From: an uncultured Candidatus Saccharibacteria bacterium
GTDB lineage: Bacteria; Patescibacteriota; Saccharimonadia; Saccharimonadales; UBA4665
Direction of reading: 5' to 3'
NCBI GenBank assembly: GCA_964499935.1
Contig: CAZCMS010000001.1
Span: 674,452 to 738,451 of the forward strand
DNA length: 64,000 nucleotides
The number at the start of each line of letters is the position of its first letter. Position 1 is the stretch's first letter. The notes under the pieces were generated by a model. It worked only from the letters and a program-made list of their open reading frames with translations, did not search any database and was not told the DNA's origin. Shown piece by piece: positions 26,996 to 35,711 of this stretch. The translations under genes and the position numbers were made by a program.

Positions 26996-27706
26996 CTAAT
27001 CGATTCTATTGAGTATCCCTCCGTAATTATAAGGCGTAAACTTATCCCCGATAAAAATGGGGTAGGCGGGGCTACCAACATTCATGGCGTCAGCGAGCTC
27101 AGGATCAAGTGGCTTGAATGCTTTGAGTATTTTAGTATCTAGCCCGAGACAATCTCTGTCCCTAAGCGTCATACGGTACATAAATTTGTAACGCTCAACC
27201 TCTGGATATTTGTTAAATTCTCTCTGTTTAGTAAGCGACGTTATTTTCTCACGCCACAATGCAACATTATTTAGTTCACTCTGCATACTGATCTCAACAG
27301 AGATGCAATTGGGAGCATATTTATTCATGCATTCGTAATCTGCAACAATCACACGCTTGAGACCAAGAAATCCTGAAACTGCAAATAACCACTGCTGTGC
27401 ACTTCCGCCAACAAAGCTGCAGTCGTTGCCCGGACACCATGTATTGTGAAAATCCAATATCAGGTCATATCGTTGACTCATTTCCATCAATTCAGCTGCC
27501 CGTCTCTCCTCAAGCACCTTACTATTAGCGTCACCAGGAAAAGATCGATTCAGATCTTGTCCCGTAAAACGAATATCTGCACTTACGGCTTGTTCGTTTG
27601 CGATAACCGAATCAATCCCTTCAATTGGTTTTCTGAGTAGAGACTCAACGAGTTCGATGCCAAGTGTTTCGTTGCCGTGCATTCCGCCAATTATTAGTAT
27701 TCTCAT
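26996..27706 (-). CDS. Succinylglutamate desuccinylase/aspartoacylase-family zinc hydrolase
   Basis: 236 aa. N-terminus MRILIIGGMHGNETLG is the family zinc-binding signature. Confidence 0.75.
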   Translation of the reverse strand: MRILIIGGMHGNETLGIELVESLLRKPIEGIDSVIANEQAVSADIRFTGQDLNRSFPGDANSKVLEERRAAELMEMSQRYDLILDFHNTWCPGNDCSFVGGSAQQWLFAVSGFLGLKRVIVADYECMNKYAPNCISVEISMQSELNNVALWREKITSLTKQREFNKYPEVERYKFMYRMTLRDRDCLGLDTKILKAFKPLDPELADAMNVGSPAYPIFIGDKFTPYNYGGILNRID

Positions 27707-28371
27707 ACCCGTTCTCCTCGTTGAATGATGATGAAATCCCTGCCATCAGGTACTTGCCGATCATCACTTCTGAAAATACGAGCGTCATCTCCGAAGTCTC
27801 GCTCGGCTGCCCTTACCATCGCTTTGTTGACTGTTCGATATGCCAAAACTTCGCAATCAAGTTCGTTCATCAAGTCAGTAACCATGTCCTTGAAGTTAGA
27901 AAGGTTTCCGGCTGCTCGAACTGTTTTATCAGCGAAGATATCATCAAGCCAAGCTATTTCTTGCTCGCCAAACTGCGCCATCAGCCACGAAGACATAACA
28001 GGTACATCACTGTACTTTTCATCCGCGATACGTCGAGCATTAGCGCGCCAGGTAATTACTGCTAGTGACATTTCACCAGCACTCGTTACTTCCCTGTACC
28101 AAGCCGTTGGTCTTGTCTGTTCTAGTTCTGCAAAACGTGCAACCAATTCATCTGGTTCATACGCCGGTTGTGCAGGTGCGTACTCACATGTTCTACAAAC
28201 TTGGCCTATAGCTAGTCGCGAAAGGCCACCTGGACAACGCTGCGGTAATTGTTTATCGGCGCATTTACTAACTTCATACCAAGGCTCGCCCGCAAAGGCT
28301 ACTTGGTACGGCTTCACAAGTTCAGTGAAGTCTTGTTGAGTAGGGGTGTAAAATTCTTGAGTTATATTCAT
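27703..28371 (-). CDS. Hypothetical protein, possibly GNAT-like with a 4-Cys insertion
   Basis: 222 aa, 4-bp overlap with the downstream deacylase gene. Contains FAGEPWYE, a C-x8-C...C-x2-C cluster and a C-terminal AYRTVNKAMVRAAE pattern. Confidence 0.35.
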   Translation of the reverse strand: MNITQEFYTPTQQDFTELVKPYQVAFAGEPWYEVSKCADKQLPQRCPGGLSRLAIGQVCRTCEYAPAQPAYEPDELVARFAELEQTRPTAWYREVTSAGEMSLAVITWRANARRIADEKYSDVPVMSSWLMAQFGEQEIAWLDDIFADKTVRAAGNLSNFKDMVTDLMNELDCEVLAYRTVNKAMVRAAERDFGDDARIFRSDDRQVPDGRDFIIIQRGERV

Positions 28372-28399
28372 GTTATTTCCTTGTAATTTTATTGCTATA

Positions 28400-28427
28400 C
28401 CAAAAACGCCAGCATCGTGCTGGCGTT
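28400..28427 (-). terminator. Rho-independent terminator
   Basis: AACGCCAGCA-CGA-TGCTGGCGTT followed by TTTTT on the minus strand, downstream of the TrpR-like gene. Confidence 0.65.
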
Positions 28428-28448
28428 CATCTTGGTATCTAAAACGAC

Positions 28449-28775
28449 TCAGTCACGAGCTGGCGATAAATGGGCATGACGAGCATCAATAACAGTAATA
28501 GCCTTTTTGTAACCACCAGCTCCAGATTGCAGCCAATCACTAATTCTGGCAATCGTCCGACTACTCAACGAAGTTTTACGAGCAATATTCGTGTAGGTTT
28601 CTTTTTTACTAAGCATACGTGCAGCTTCAAGACGAGCAGCAATCTCTGTGATTTCTTTCTCGGTCAGAACATCAGTTAATAGCGCTTGCATGTCTGTAAT
28701 CGAGTTAATAGAAGTTAACACCTCAGATAGCTGGAGTGGCATGTCTTTATTCCATTGGTCTACACACTTATTCAT
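28449..28775 (-). CDS. TrpR-related YerC/YecD-family DNA-binding protein
   Basis: 108 aa. LLTEKEITEIAARLEAARML...SLSSRTIARISDWL is the YerC/YecD HTH pattern. Confidence 0.8.
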   Translation of the reverse strand: MNKCVDQWNKDMPLQLSEVLTSINSITDMQALLTDVLTEKEITEIAARLEAARMLSKKETYTNIARKTSLSSRTIARISDWLQSGAGGYKKAITVIDARHAHLSPARD

Positions 28776-28912
28776 ACTATTACTTTACCAAAGTAAAGTG
28801 CTATTGTCAACAGAGCATCACAATACTACTAAGATATGTAAGTGAGCACACATCAAGCAACACGAGTCAATTTATTGACCTCTGTAACGATTACTGGCAT
28901 AGTGTACGCAGC

Positions 28913-29905
28913 ATGACACAAAAAGAAGTATTTGTTAACTGGATGACAGAAGAAGACCATGCCGAAGCACTAGTGATTGACAAACACTTTGACGGCCCAG
29001 AATTTGCCAATCTTGATTATGAACAAAGACTCGACATAGCCACTGCAGCTGCGCACGAAGAGCTACTTAGTAGCCACAAACCACTGCACCAAGCAGAACG
29101 TGTAGGCCATCAGGTAATGAGAGACTCGGCTCGCTGGCTACTCTACCGAGGTGCTCATATTTTTGATGAATTCCCGGCATTATCAGAGAATGAGCAAAAG
29201 TTTACACAAGCAACTCAGCAGGCACAGAAGGACCACGAGATGATTAAATTCGATGTGCCAGTTACTATATATGCGACACTTGAAGCCCTGCGTAGGCATC
29301 GTGAAAGAAACGGGCAAGCTGCGTATAACCCCGTAGAGGTAGAGAGAGACCTATCGATCATAGCGCTAATCAATAGCATCGATACCGCGATCGAGGGATC
29401 TGATGCTTTAACAATTGAGAGCGACCCAACAACATCAGAGACCATATTCAACACATCCTTATTTATGGGCACAGAGATTTATAGAGGTTCTTTTAGACGA
29501 AAAATTACCCCAGACAGCAAAGAGTACGACATAACAATCCACGAGAAATTATCTGAAGACGAACAAAAGTTTGCGGACAAAGCTCGCCTTGCACTACTCG
29601 GAACCATGATAGCACCACCGTTTTTACGTCGTTACAAAATTACGCTAAATTCTGATAATACATTAGACGCCGTGAAACAATATCCACGCAAAGGGCAACT
29701 TCACGAACTCCCCATGGAATCATTCTATGATGCTATGTATCTTGCAGACGGAATAATCTTTAGTGGCATCAAAAAAGACCGTCTTATAGAACAGGAAATT
29801 AACGCACAACCACACGAGGCTCAACTTAATGGTACGGGAAATGTTGCCCCTATCTGCACACACCCTTGGTCACCAATCCCAGAATTACGCCCCACTGCGC
29901 AATAA
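28913..29905 (+). CDS. Hypothetical protein
   Basis: Long ORF. Start moved to the internal ATG (MTQKEVF) because the upstream part overlaps the divergent gene and promoter region. Confidence 0.45.
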   Translation: MTQKEVFVNWMTEEDHAEALVIDKHFDGPEFANLDYEQRLDIATAAAHEELLSSHKPLHQAERVGHQVMRDSARWLLYRGAHIFDEFPALSENEQKFTQATQQAQKDHEMIKFDVPVTIYATLEALRRHRERNGQAAYNPVEVERDLSIIALINSIDTAIEGSDALTIESDPTTSETIFNTSLFMGTEIYRGSFRRKITPDSKEYDITIHEKLSEDEQKFADKARLALLGTMIAPPFLRRYKITLNSDNTLDAVKQYPRKGQLHELPMESFYDAMYLADGIIFSGIKKDRLIEQEINAQPHEAQLNGTGNVAPICTHPWSPIPELRPTAQ

Positions 29906-30071
29906 ACCTAACTGCAAGGAATGTAAAAGTATTAACGCTAATCGTAAATAATGGAATTGATGTAGTTCACGAATATTATATCGGAAGCGGGTTAGTGTCT
30001 ATATGTCAGCTTGCAGCTAGCGGAAATACATAAAATTTTCAGGAAAAGCCTTTTGTTATAATAGAAAAAAT

Positions 30072-30680
30072 ATGAAACGAAAAATAATTCTTATTGGAGG
30101 TATGCCTACGGCAGGTAAAACAACTATTGCTCGTCAGGTTGCAGAGCATTTTCAGCTTCCTTGTTTATCTGGCGACCAAATTAGGGTTATCATGCAATCA
30201 GTAGCAGACAGAGAAAAATACCCATTATTATTTTGCGCCGACGATTTTACTGCTGAAGAATTTCTAGCAAAATACAGCGCCGAAGAGATTGCAGAAATGG
30301 AATACAACCAAGGGTACGAAGCGTGGCAAGGGGTAAGATACTTTATTGAGCATGATTGGGTATGGAGAAAAGGATGCGTGATCGAAGGAGTATCAGTATT
30401 ACCGCCCTTGATACATGAGATAGATGCAAATAAGTGCGACGTAAAAGTGGTGTTTTTATCCGATAGCAATCACGATCGTATACGTCATGTGGTATATAAT
30501 CGTGGTTTATACGATGATGCGAAGCTATATAGTGATAATGTGAAAGACAAAGAAGTCGAGTGGGTAAAATTATTCGACAAAAAACTCAGAGAAGACGCTT
30601 CTAATGCGGGATACTCAGTAATCGAGATGAGCAAAGATAAATCTGATATAGAGAAAGTCCTTTCAGCGCTCTCTCGATAA
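30072..30680 (+). CDS. P-loop NTPase/kinase-like protein
   Basis: 202 aa with Walker A GGMPTAGKTT at the N-terminus. Confidence 0.6.
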   Translation: MKRKIILIGGMPTAGKTTIARQVAEHFQLPCLSGDQIRVIMQSVADREKYPLLFCADDFTAEEFLAKYSAEEIAEMEYNQGYEAWQGVRYFIEHDWVWRKGCVIEGVSVLPPLIHEIDANKCDVKVVFLSDSNHDRIRHVVYNRGLYDDAKLYSDNVKDKEVEWVKLFDKKLREDASNAGYSVIEMSKDKSDIEKVLSALSR

Positions 30681-30702
30681 ATTACGTCTATCGGTTTTCC
30701 AT

Positions 30703-30759
30703 TGCAGTTTCGTCGTTTACGACTCGTCAGTATAGCTTATATGTAATCTATAGACTGCT
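30703..30759 (-). ncRNA. Type III hammerhead ribozyme (copy 4, divergent helices)
   Basis: The minus strand reads GCAGU-C/UAUAG-12 nt-CUAUA/CUGACGA/GUCG-UAAA-CGAC/GAA/ACUGC. All core positions, G10.1-C11.1, A15.1-U16.1 and a GUC cleavage triplet are present. Confidence 0.8.
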
Positions 30760-30903
30760 AGGGAAGGGGTGTGATAGCCAAAAGGCTATTGATTCACACT
30801 CCCTCCCGGAGTTTTACTGGTTAACTCCACCAGAATCGATTTGCACGAATCGTGCCACCCTTCGATTAAAAGGTGTTACCTGAATTGACCGTAAACGATC
30901 AGA

Positions 30904-31146
30904 TCAGCCGTTCATCACCTTGGTGGTGACTTGAACAACCGAGTTGGGTTCGAGAACCTCATCCAGCTGGGCCTCACGACCGTTCACCTGGACCATCAGA
31001 CCTTGCTTGACCCTAACGTTCGCACAAGCGAGCGCATTAGCAACGGTCATGTCAGACGCATAGTCCAACTGATGGAGATCACCACCGAGCACAGCAACCT
31101 GCACCCAGCTCGGAGCTTCCTCGGCCACAACGATATCCGTAGACAT
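30904..31146 (-). CDS. Ubiquitin-like beta-grasp protein (ThiS/MoaD-like), C-terminal Gly
   Basis: 80 aa. VQVNGREAQLDEVLEPNSVVQV resembles ThiS/MoaD. Ends KVMNG-stop. GAGGAG RBS. Last gene of the E2-JAB-E1 operon. Confidence 0.65.
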   Translation of the reverse strand: MSTDIVVAEEAPSWVQVAVLGGDLHQLDYASDMTVANALACANVRVKQGLMVQVNGREAQLDEVLEPNSVVQVTTKVMNG

Positions 31147-31173
31147 ATCTACTTCACTACTCCTCTGTATTGA

Positions 31174-31842
31174 TCAGCGACTGAACAATTGTGCTTCTCG
31201 CACATGTACATCGATGTACGACTTGAGCTCCATATCTCGCGCAAATCGTGTCAACTGAGCAATCATGTGCCCAGCCAATACTACCGGCGGATGGATCACG
31301 GTACGCGCTGCGCACGGCAAAGGCGCACCCTCTCCATCAGGAAAAAGCCAATCCTTCTCGTAGGTGTCCACCGCATCCATATCCAGAGGGTTCAGCGCAA
31401 GCAATGTCATTTGCTCGCCACCAATCCGACCGTCAAGGTACAAAGGAACATCCGGGTTGAACTTGACTGACCCCCAAATATCGCATCGAGCCTGCATACT
31501 GTCTACACCGCTGATGACAACACCGCTGAGCGGGGTTTCTGCTGTCACAAATTCCTGGTGTGGAACAATGCTGCACTCAGACTCTCTGTAAGACTCCAGC
31601 ATTTCTGCTGCAGCCTCCACCTTGGGCCTACCAACATCGGTGCGGGAATAGATCAACTGCGCTGGCACATTGTGCGGCTCCACATAGTCCAAGTCCCACA
31701 AATGCAGCTCGCCACGAAGGCCGAGCTTCACCAACGGGAGCACCACAGCGCTACCGATTCCGCCGACACCAATCACATGGACAGGCCAGGTGAACTTACT
31801 CGGGTCGAAGATATCCGTCTGACCAGAATAGTCAGCAATCAC
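31174..31842 (-). CDS. ThiF/MoeB-type E1-like adenylating enzyme
   Basis: Rossmann motif IGVGGIGS, plus DLDYVEPHN and GVDSMQAR motifs. GTG start 7 nt after the JAB stop and behind GAGGTGA; the longer track ORF overlaps the JAB gene. Confidence 0.8.
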   Translation of the reverse strand: MIADYSGQTDIFDPSKFTWPVHVIGVGGIGSAVVLPLVKLGLRGELHLWDLDYVEPHNVPAQLIYSRTDVGRPKVEAAAEMLESYRESECSIVPHQEFVTAETPLSGVVISGVDSMQARCDIWGSVKFNPDVPLYLDGRIGGEQMTLLALNPLDMDAVDTYEKDWLFPDGEGAPLPCAARTVIHPPVVLAGHMIAQLTRFARDMELKSYIDVHVREAQLFSR

Positions 31843-31849
31843 AATTACT

Positions 31850-32479
31850 TCACCTCTCGATCTGAAGATTCGTAGGGTCGTATGGTACCGCATCAGCTGA
31901 AGCGCGAGGCTCCAAAGGAACGGTACGAAGTCGCCCAAAAAAACCCATCCCCTGGCTACGCACCTTGAGACGAATCTCGTCGGCGGTGCTGTCAAGCAAG
32001 CCTTCGTCGAACACTGTCACAATCTCGGGTATCACATCAATCTCGACCCGAAAAGGCTCGAAAATGTCCAAGCGACAGCGAAACTCGCCACGCTTGTTGA
32101 CAACCAGACTGATCAGCCAATCTCCAGGCCAGCGCTCAATATTCGCCGTATCGGTAGGGGAGAAATAGGACTCCATATTGACATGACTATGCCACTGGAA
32201 CTTGATAGATCCAGGATTCCCCGTACCGCTCAGCACCATCTCGTGAATGAAATGGGTCAGTGCATCATGGTCCACCTCAGCGTGTCCGGGCGAAGCCACT
32301 TGGTCCAAAATGAACACATCCTTCACACGGATGATGTCATCACGCACCTCCACCAAGCCAAATCCGTTGATCTCGGTCGGGCAATTGATGACGTATGCCA
32401 TCATCTTCTGCCAATCCTGAAACGAAATCTGCACTCGGGGGATACGAATCACTGCGGGGCCTGCCAAATTGACCGACAT
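31850..32479 (-). CDS. JAB/MPN (JAMM) metallopeptidase
   Basis: 209 aa with upstream Glu (TEINGFG) and the full JAMM motif HSHVNMESYFSPTD (HxHx7SxxD). Confidence 0.85.
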   Translation of the reverse strand: MSVNLAGPAVIRIPRVQISFQDWQKMMAYVINCPTEINGFGLVEVRDDIIRVKDVFILDQVASPGHAEVDHDALTHFIHEMVLSGTGNPGSIKFQWHSHVNMESYFSPTDTANIERWPGDWLISLVVNKRGEFRCRLDIFEPFRVEIDVIPEIVTVFDEGLLDSTADEIRLKVRSQGMGFFGRLRTVPLEPRASADAVPYDPTNLQIER

Positions 32480-33925
32480 CTACTTCATCTCCTCTTTATA
32501 CACGTGGAATGCTTGCAAAACATCTTTCTGATGCTCGGGGTTAACCGAACATAGACATTCAACTATCAAAGCCATCGCCTCAACATACTGCGCCTTGGCA
32601 AGGTGTTCATTGACGACTCTCTCCCGATTACCAAAACAAAACGCTCCGGTAGAGAGTCGATATACCGGGTAGCCACCTCTCCAGCTGCTCTTCACACCTG
32701 ACCGTAGCTCTTTTGCCGTTACCGTCAAGGTGTCGGCGCCAAGATCTACCTGCCAATCACCCAGGTCGTACGCTACCCCACTGTATTCATTGATGGCTCG
32801 CACGATGAGACGGATGCGATTGTTCACAACCTGCACTGCCAAAACTCCAGGCAGAGACATGATGCGATCAAATTCACCTCCAATATTCATCTCGAACAGT
32901 TGCTCGTTGGTTTCTTCGATAGCTCGCTCCAGGATCTGCTGCTGACTCGTCAAGTCATTTATCTCACCTTGCTGGCTTTTAACTTGCTCAGCGAGTGATC
33001 GCAAGACCTCGCGACCCCGCTTTACTGCCAAAACAACTTGCTTATGAGCCTCGATTCGATTCTTTTGCGCACTTTCTTGTCGCATTTCTACGTATACTGC
33101 ACGAGCACTATTAGGCGAGCTGGCATACGTCCGACTCACAGCAGGCCGCACCTCCGACGTTGAGTCTCCTCCCCCAACCAGAACATCTACTGGATTATGT
33201 CCATAGAAGTCAGGGGGCACCCACTCATCAGGTGGCGTCCACTCATCCCTTGGCTGGTGTTGCACGTCTCTTGCGCCTGGCTCCATCCTGGCTTGAAGTG
33301 GAGGATCCCAGCGAAGCAATAGCCCGCTCACAATCATGCTCAACCACCAAAAGGGGCCAAACATAAGCGTGACAACAAAGGGCCACACGTATCGCCAGGG
33401 CAAATCTGCCAATCGATGCTGCTGCTGTTCGTCCCGAAGATCAACCATATAGGCTATCAACGTTACTAGGCTAAAGAGCAGCCACATAACCAACAGTCCT
33501 GGATCAAAATACACAGCCGTTATAAAAGGCTTGAGACTGCTTTTTGTAAGGCCTAGCTTTAGTGGCTCACCTGTCTTGGCGACTTGCTTCAGCTGCCTAA
33601 GTTCCTTGGAATCTGAATCGAAAGGCTCCTCCTTATTGAGCTTGGCACTCAAATCCTGAAGACTCAAGACTTGTGTTGCCATCTGCATGCGTTTGCCACG
33701 TGTTTCTTCACTGACATCTTTTACATGCTCTTTGTTAGAGAGCATGATTTGAGCCAGTTTTTGGTTATTTCCCACGTTGTGGTTGGTGACCAAAACAATA
33801 CCGCCAGCGATAGCGATAGCAATCACACTCAATACGAGCGCAGCAATAAACATCAACGCTATCGATTCTCCGATATTGCGATCGATGAAGGTACCAAATC
33901 GCAACGGTGTCTCACGACGCGTCAT
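32480..33925 (-). CDS. Membrane-anchored coiled-coil protein with putative E2 (UBC-like) C-terminal domain
   Basis: 481 aa with TM helices near residues 20-45, 145-165 and 180-205, a Pro/Trp-rich linker, and a heptad-like region. The C-terminus has a four-strand pattern, then YPVYRLSTGAFCFGN (resembling HPN-x-G-x-IC-L of E2s) and a helix. Its stop directly abuts the JAB start. Confidence 0.45.
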   Translation of the reverse strand: MTRRETPLRFGTFIDRNIGESIALMFIAALVLSVIAIAIAGGIVLVTNHNVGNNQKLAQIMLSNKEHVKDVSEETRGKRMQMATQVLSLQDLSAKLNKEEPFDSDSKELRQLKQVAKTGEPLKLGLTKSSLKPFITAVYFDPGLLVMWLLFSLVTLIAYMVDLRDEQQQHRLADLPWRYVWPFVVTLMFGPFWWLSMIVSGLLLRWDPPLQARMEPGARDVQHQPRDEWTPPDEWVPPDFYGHNPVDVLVGGGDSTSEVRPAVSRTYASSPNSARAVYVEMRQESAQKNRIEAHKQVVLAVKRGREVLRSLAEQVKSQQGEINDLTSQQQILERAIEETNEQLFEMNIGGEFDRIMSLPGVLAVQVVNNRIRLIVRAINEYSGVAYDLGDWQVDLGADTLTVTAKELRSGVKSSWRGGYPVYRLSTGAFCFGNRERVVNEHLAKAQYVEAMALIVECLCSVNPEHQKDVLQAFHVYKEEMK

Positions 33926-33944
33926 CAGAATTCTCCCTTGTATA

Positions 33945-33994
33945 GTTTACTTCCAGTTTCAAATCTCGCTAAAGGTCTAAAACTGGAAGTAAAC
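33945..33994. repeat. Perfect 15-bp inverted repeat (cassette A 5' hairpin)
   Basis: GTTTACTTCCAGTTT (33945-33959) and AAACTGGAAGTAAAC (33980-33994), about 20 nt upstream of the operon start codon. Confidence 0.8.
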
Positions 33995-34217
33995 CGCATA
34001 CACAATTCAGGTAAATTATTAAAATACAAAGACACAATATCAACCATAAAAGGTCAATCTTACTCCTTGAATCTTATATTTAAATATAAGCACAAAATAT
34101 ACATTTAGTCAATTAGGTCGTATGATGAAACTATTCACCAATAGACGCCTTGAAATAAAATATACATACATAGGTATTAACTTTGGATAAATTAAGATTT
34201 ATAGGATAATACAGTCA

Positions 34218-35678
34218 ATGACAGGATCATTAGAGTATGATATTCCGACAGTTCTCATTACGGGATTAATCTTTGGCGTTGACGTTATTATTCGACTTGC
34301 GCTACTTTTCTATATTCCACGCAATCGGAAACCGACCTCAGCAATAGCGTGGCTGTTTGCAATTGTTGTTATTCCCATCTTTGCGACTATTCTTTTCTTC
34401 GTCATCGGTCGCCGAAGCCTATCCAAGCAACGTATAGCCAAACAAGTCCATATCAACGAACTCTACCAACGCTACAATCGCGGACTGCGACGATCCCAGC
34501 TCAACAGCAATGTTCCAGAAAAATATACCGCAGCAGCAAAACTGAGCGAAGAACTCGCATACTTGGCGCCAACAGGACACAACAATATCAATCTTATAGG
34601 TGGCTACAACACAATCATCGAACATATGACGGCTGCAGTATCAAGAGCAGAAAAATACATATACCTCGAATTTTTTGCGATGGCGCTCGATAAAACCACG
34701 GAACCATTTTTTGTCGCACTAGAGGACGCCAGAAAAAGGGGAGTAGAGGTATACGTACTTTTTGACTATCTCGGGTCACGCAAATACCCCAGATACAGAG
34801 CGATGAAAAAACGCTTGACTGCAATGGGAGTAGAGTGGCATTCAATGTTAAGAATTAGCATACTGCCGGGTAAATATAACCGTCCGGATCTCCGTAATCA
34901 CCGCAAAATCCTCGTTATAGACAACACTGATGCCTATCTTGGCTCTCTCAACCTTATTGACAAGACGTACCATCGCAGAGATGATATTAGTTACGCTGAG
35001 CTGACCGCCCACCTCGAAGGACCAGTAGTCAATGAGGCTGCAGCCGTGTTTGCGAGCGACTGGTATGCCGAAACAGATACAGTATTACATCACTTTACAA
35101 CGAATTCACAAAAACACCCCAAAGGAACATCCGTTGCTCAGATGTTGCCAAGCGGGCCCGGCTACCCATACCGCAACAACCTGAAGGTATTTGTAGAAGC
35201 TTTGCACGCTGCAAAGAAATCAATTTACATATCAAGTCCATATTTTGTGCCAGATGAATCATTGCTCGCAGCATTAACATCTGCTGCTATTCGTGGAGTA
35301 CGTGTTTGTGTGTTGAACTCCGAAGCCATGGATCAGTGGATGGTAGGGCACGCTCAAAGATCATACTATGAACAACTTATGGAATCGGGAATAGAAATTT
35401 GGCTATACAAAAAACCACAATTACTACATTCAAAATACATGATAATTGATGATGATTTGGGCATCATTGGCTCCAGCAACCTAGACATCCGCTCGTTTGA
35501 ACTTAACCTCGAAAGTAGCGTAGTATTTTACGATACAAAAGTAGCCAAAAAGCTCACAAAGCATTTTTTAAGCGACATTAATAACAGCCGGCAAATAGAG
35601 CTTACAAGTTGGCGCAAGCGCCCACGTCGCAAACAGTTCCTTGATAGCATTGCACGGCTTACTTCGGCACTACAATAA
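34218..35678 (+). CDS. cls: Cardiolipin synthase
   Basis: 486 aa with two N-terminal TM helices and two PLD HKD motifs (HRKILVID, HSKYMIIDD). Confidence 0.9.
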   Translation: MTGSLEYDIPTVLITGLIFGVDVIIRLALLFYIPRNRKPTSAIAWLFAIVVIPIFATILFFVIGRRSLSKQRIAKQVHINELYQRYNRGLRRSQLNSNVPEKYTAAAKLSEELAYLAPTGHNNINLIGGYNTIIEHMTAAVSRAEKYIYLEFFAMALDKTTEPFFVALEDARKRGVEVYVLFDYLGSRKYPRYRAMKKRLTAMGVEWHSMLRISILPGKYNRPDLRNHRKILVIDNTDAYLGSLNLIDKTYHRRDDISYAELTAHLEGPVVNEAAAVFASDWYAETDTVLHHFTTNSQKHPKGTSVAQMLPSGPGYPYRNNLKVFVEALHAAKKSIYISSPYFVPDESLLAALTSAAIRGVRVCVLNSEAMDQWMVGHAQRSYYEQLMESGIEIWLYKKPQLLHSKYMIIDDDLGIIGSSNLDIRSFELNLESSVVFYDTKVAKKLTKHFLSDINNSRQIELTSWRKRPRRKQFLDSIARLTSALQ

Positions 35679-35711
35679 GCACTTCGTCATATTACACGCG
35701 TAACAATATAT

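Noticed and set aside
27725-28339. A 204-aa plus-strand ORF.
   Set aside because: It is entirely antisense to the 222-aa gene, which is translationally coupled to its neighbour. Its composition is low-complexity and Ser/Ala-rich.
31189-32554. Several plus-strand ORFs (70-123 aa) lie inside the Ubl operon.
   Set aside because: They are antisense to genes with clear ThiF and JAMM motifs. High GC inflates spurious ORFs. They have no RBS or recognisable motifs.
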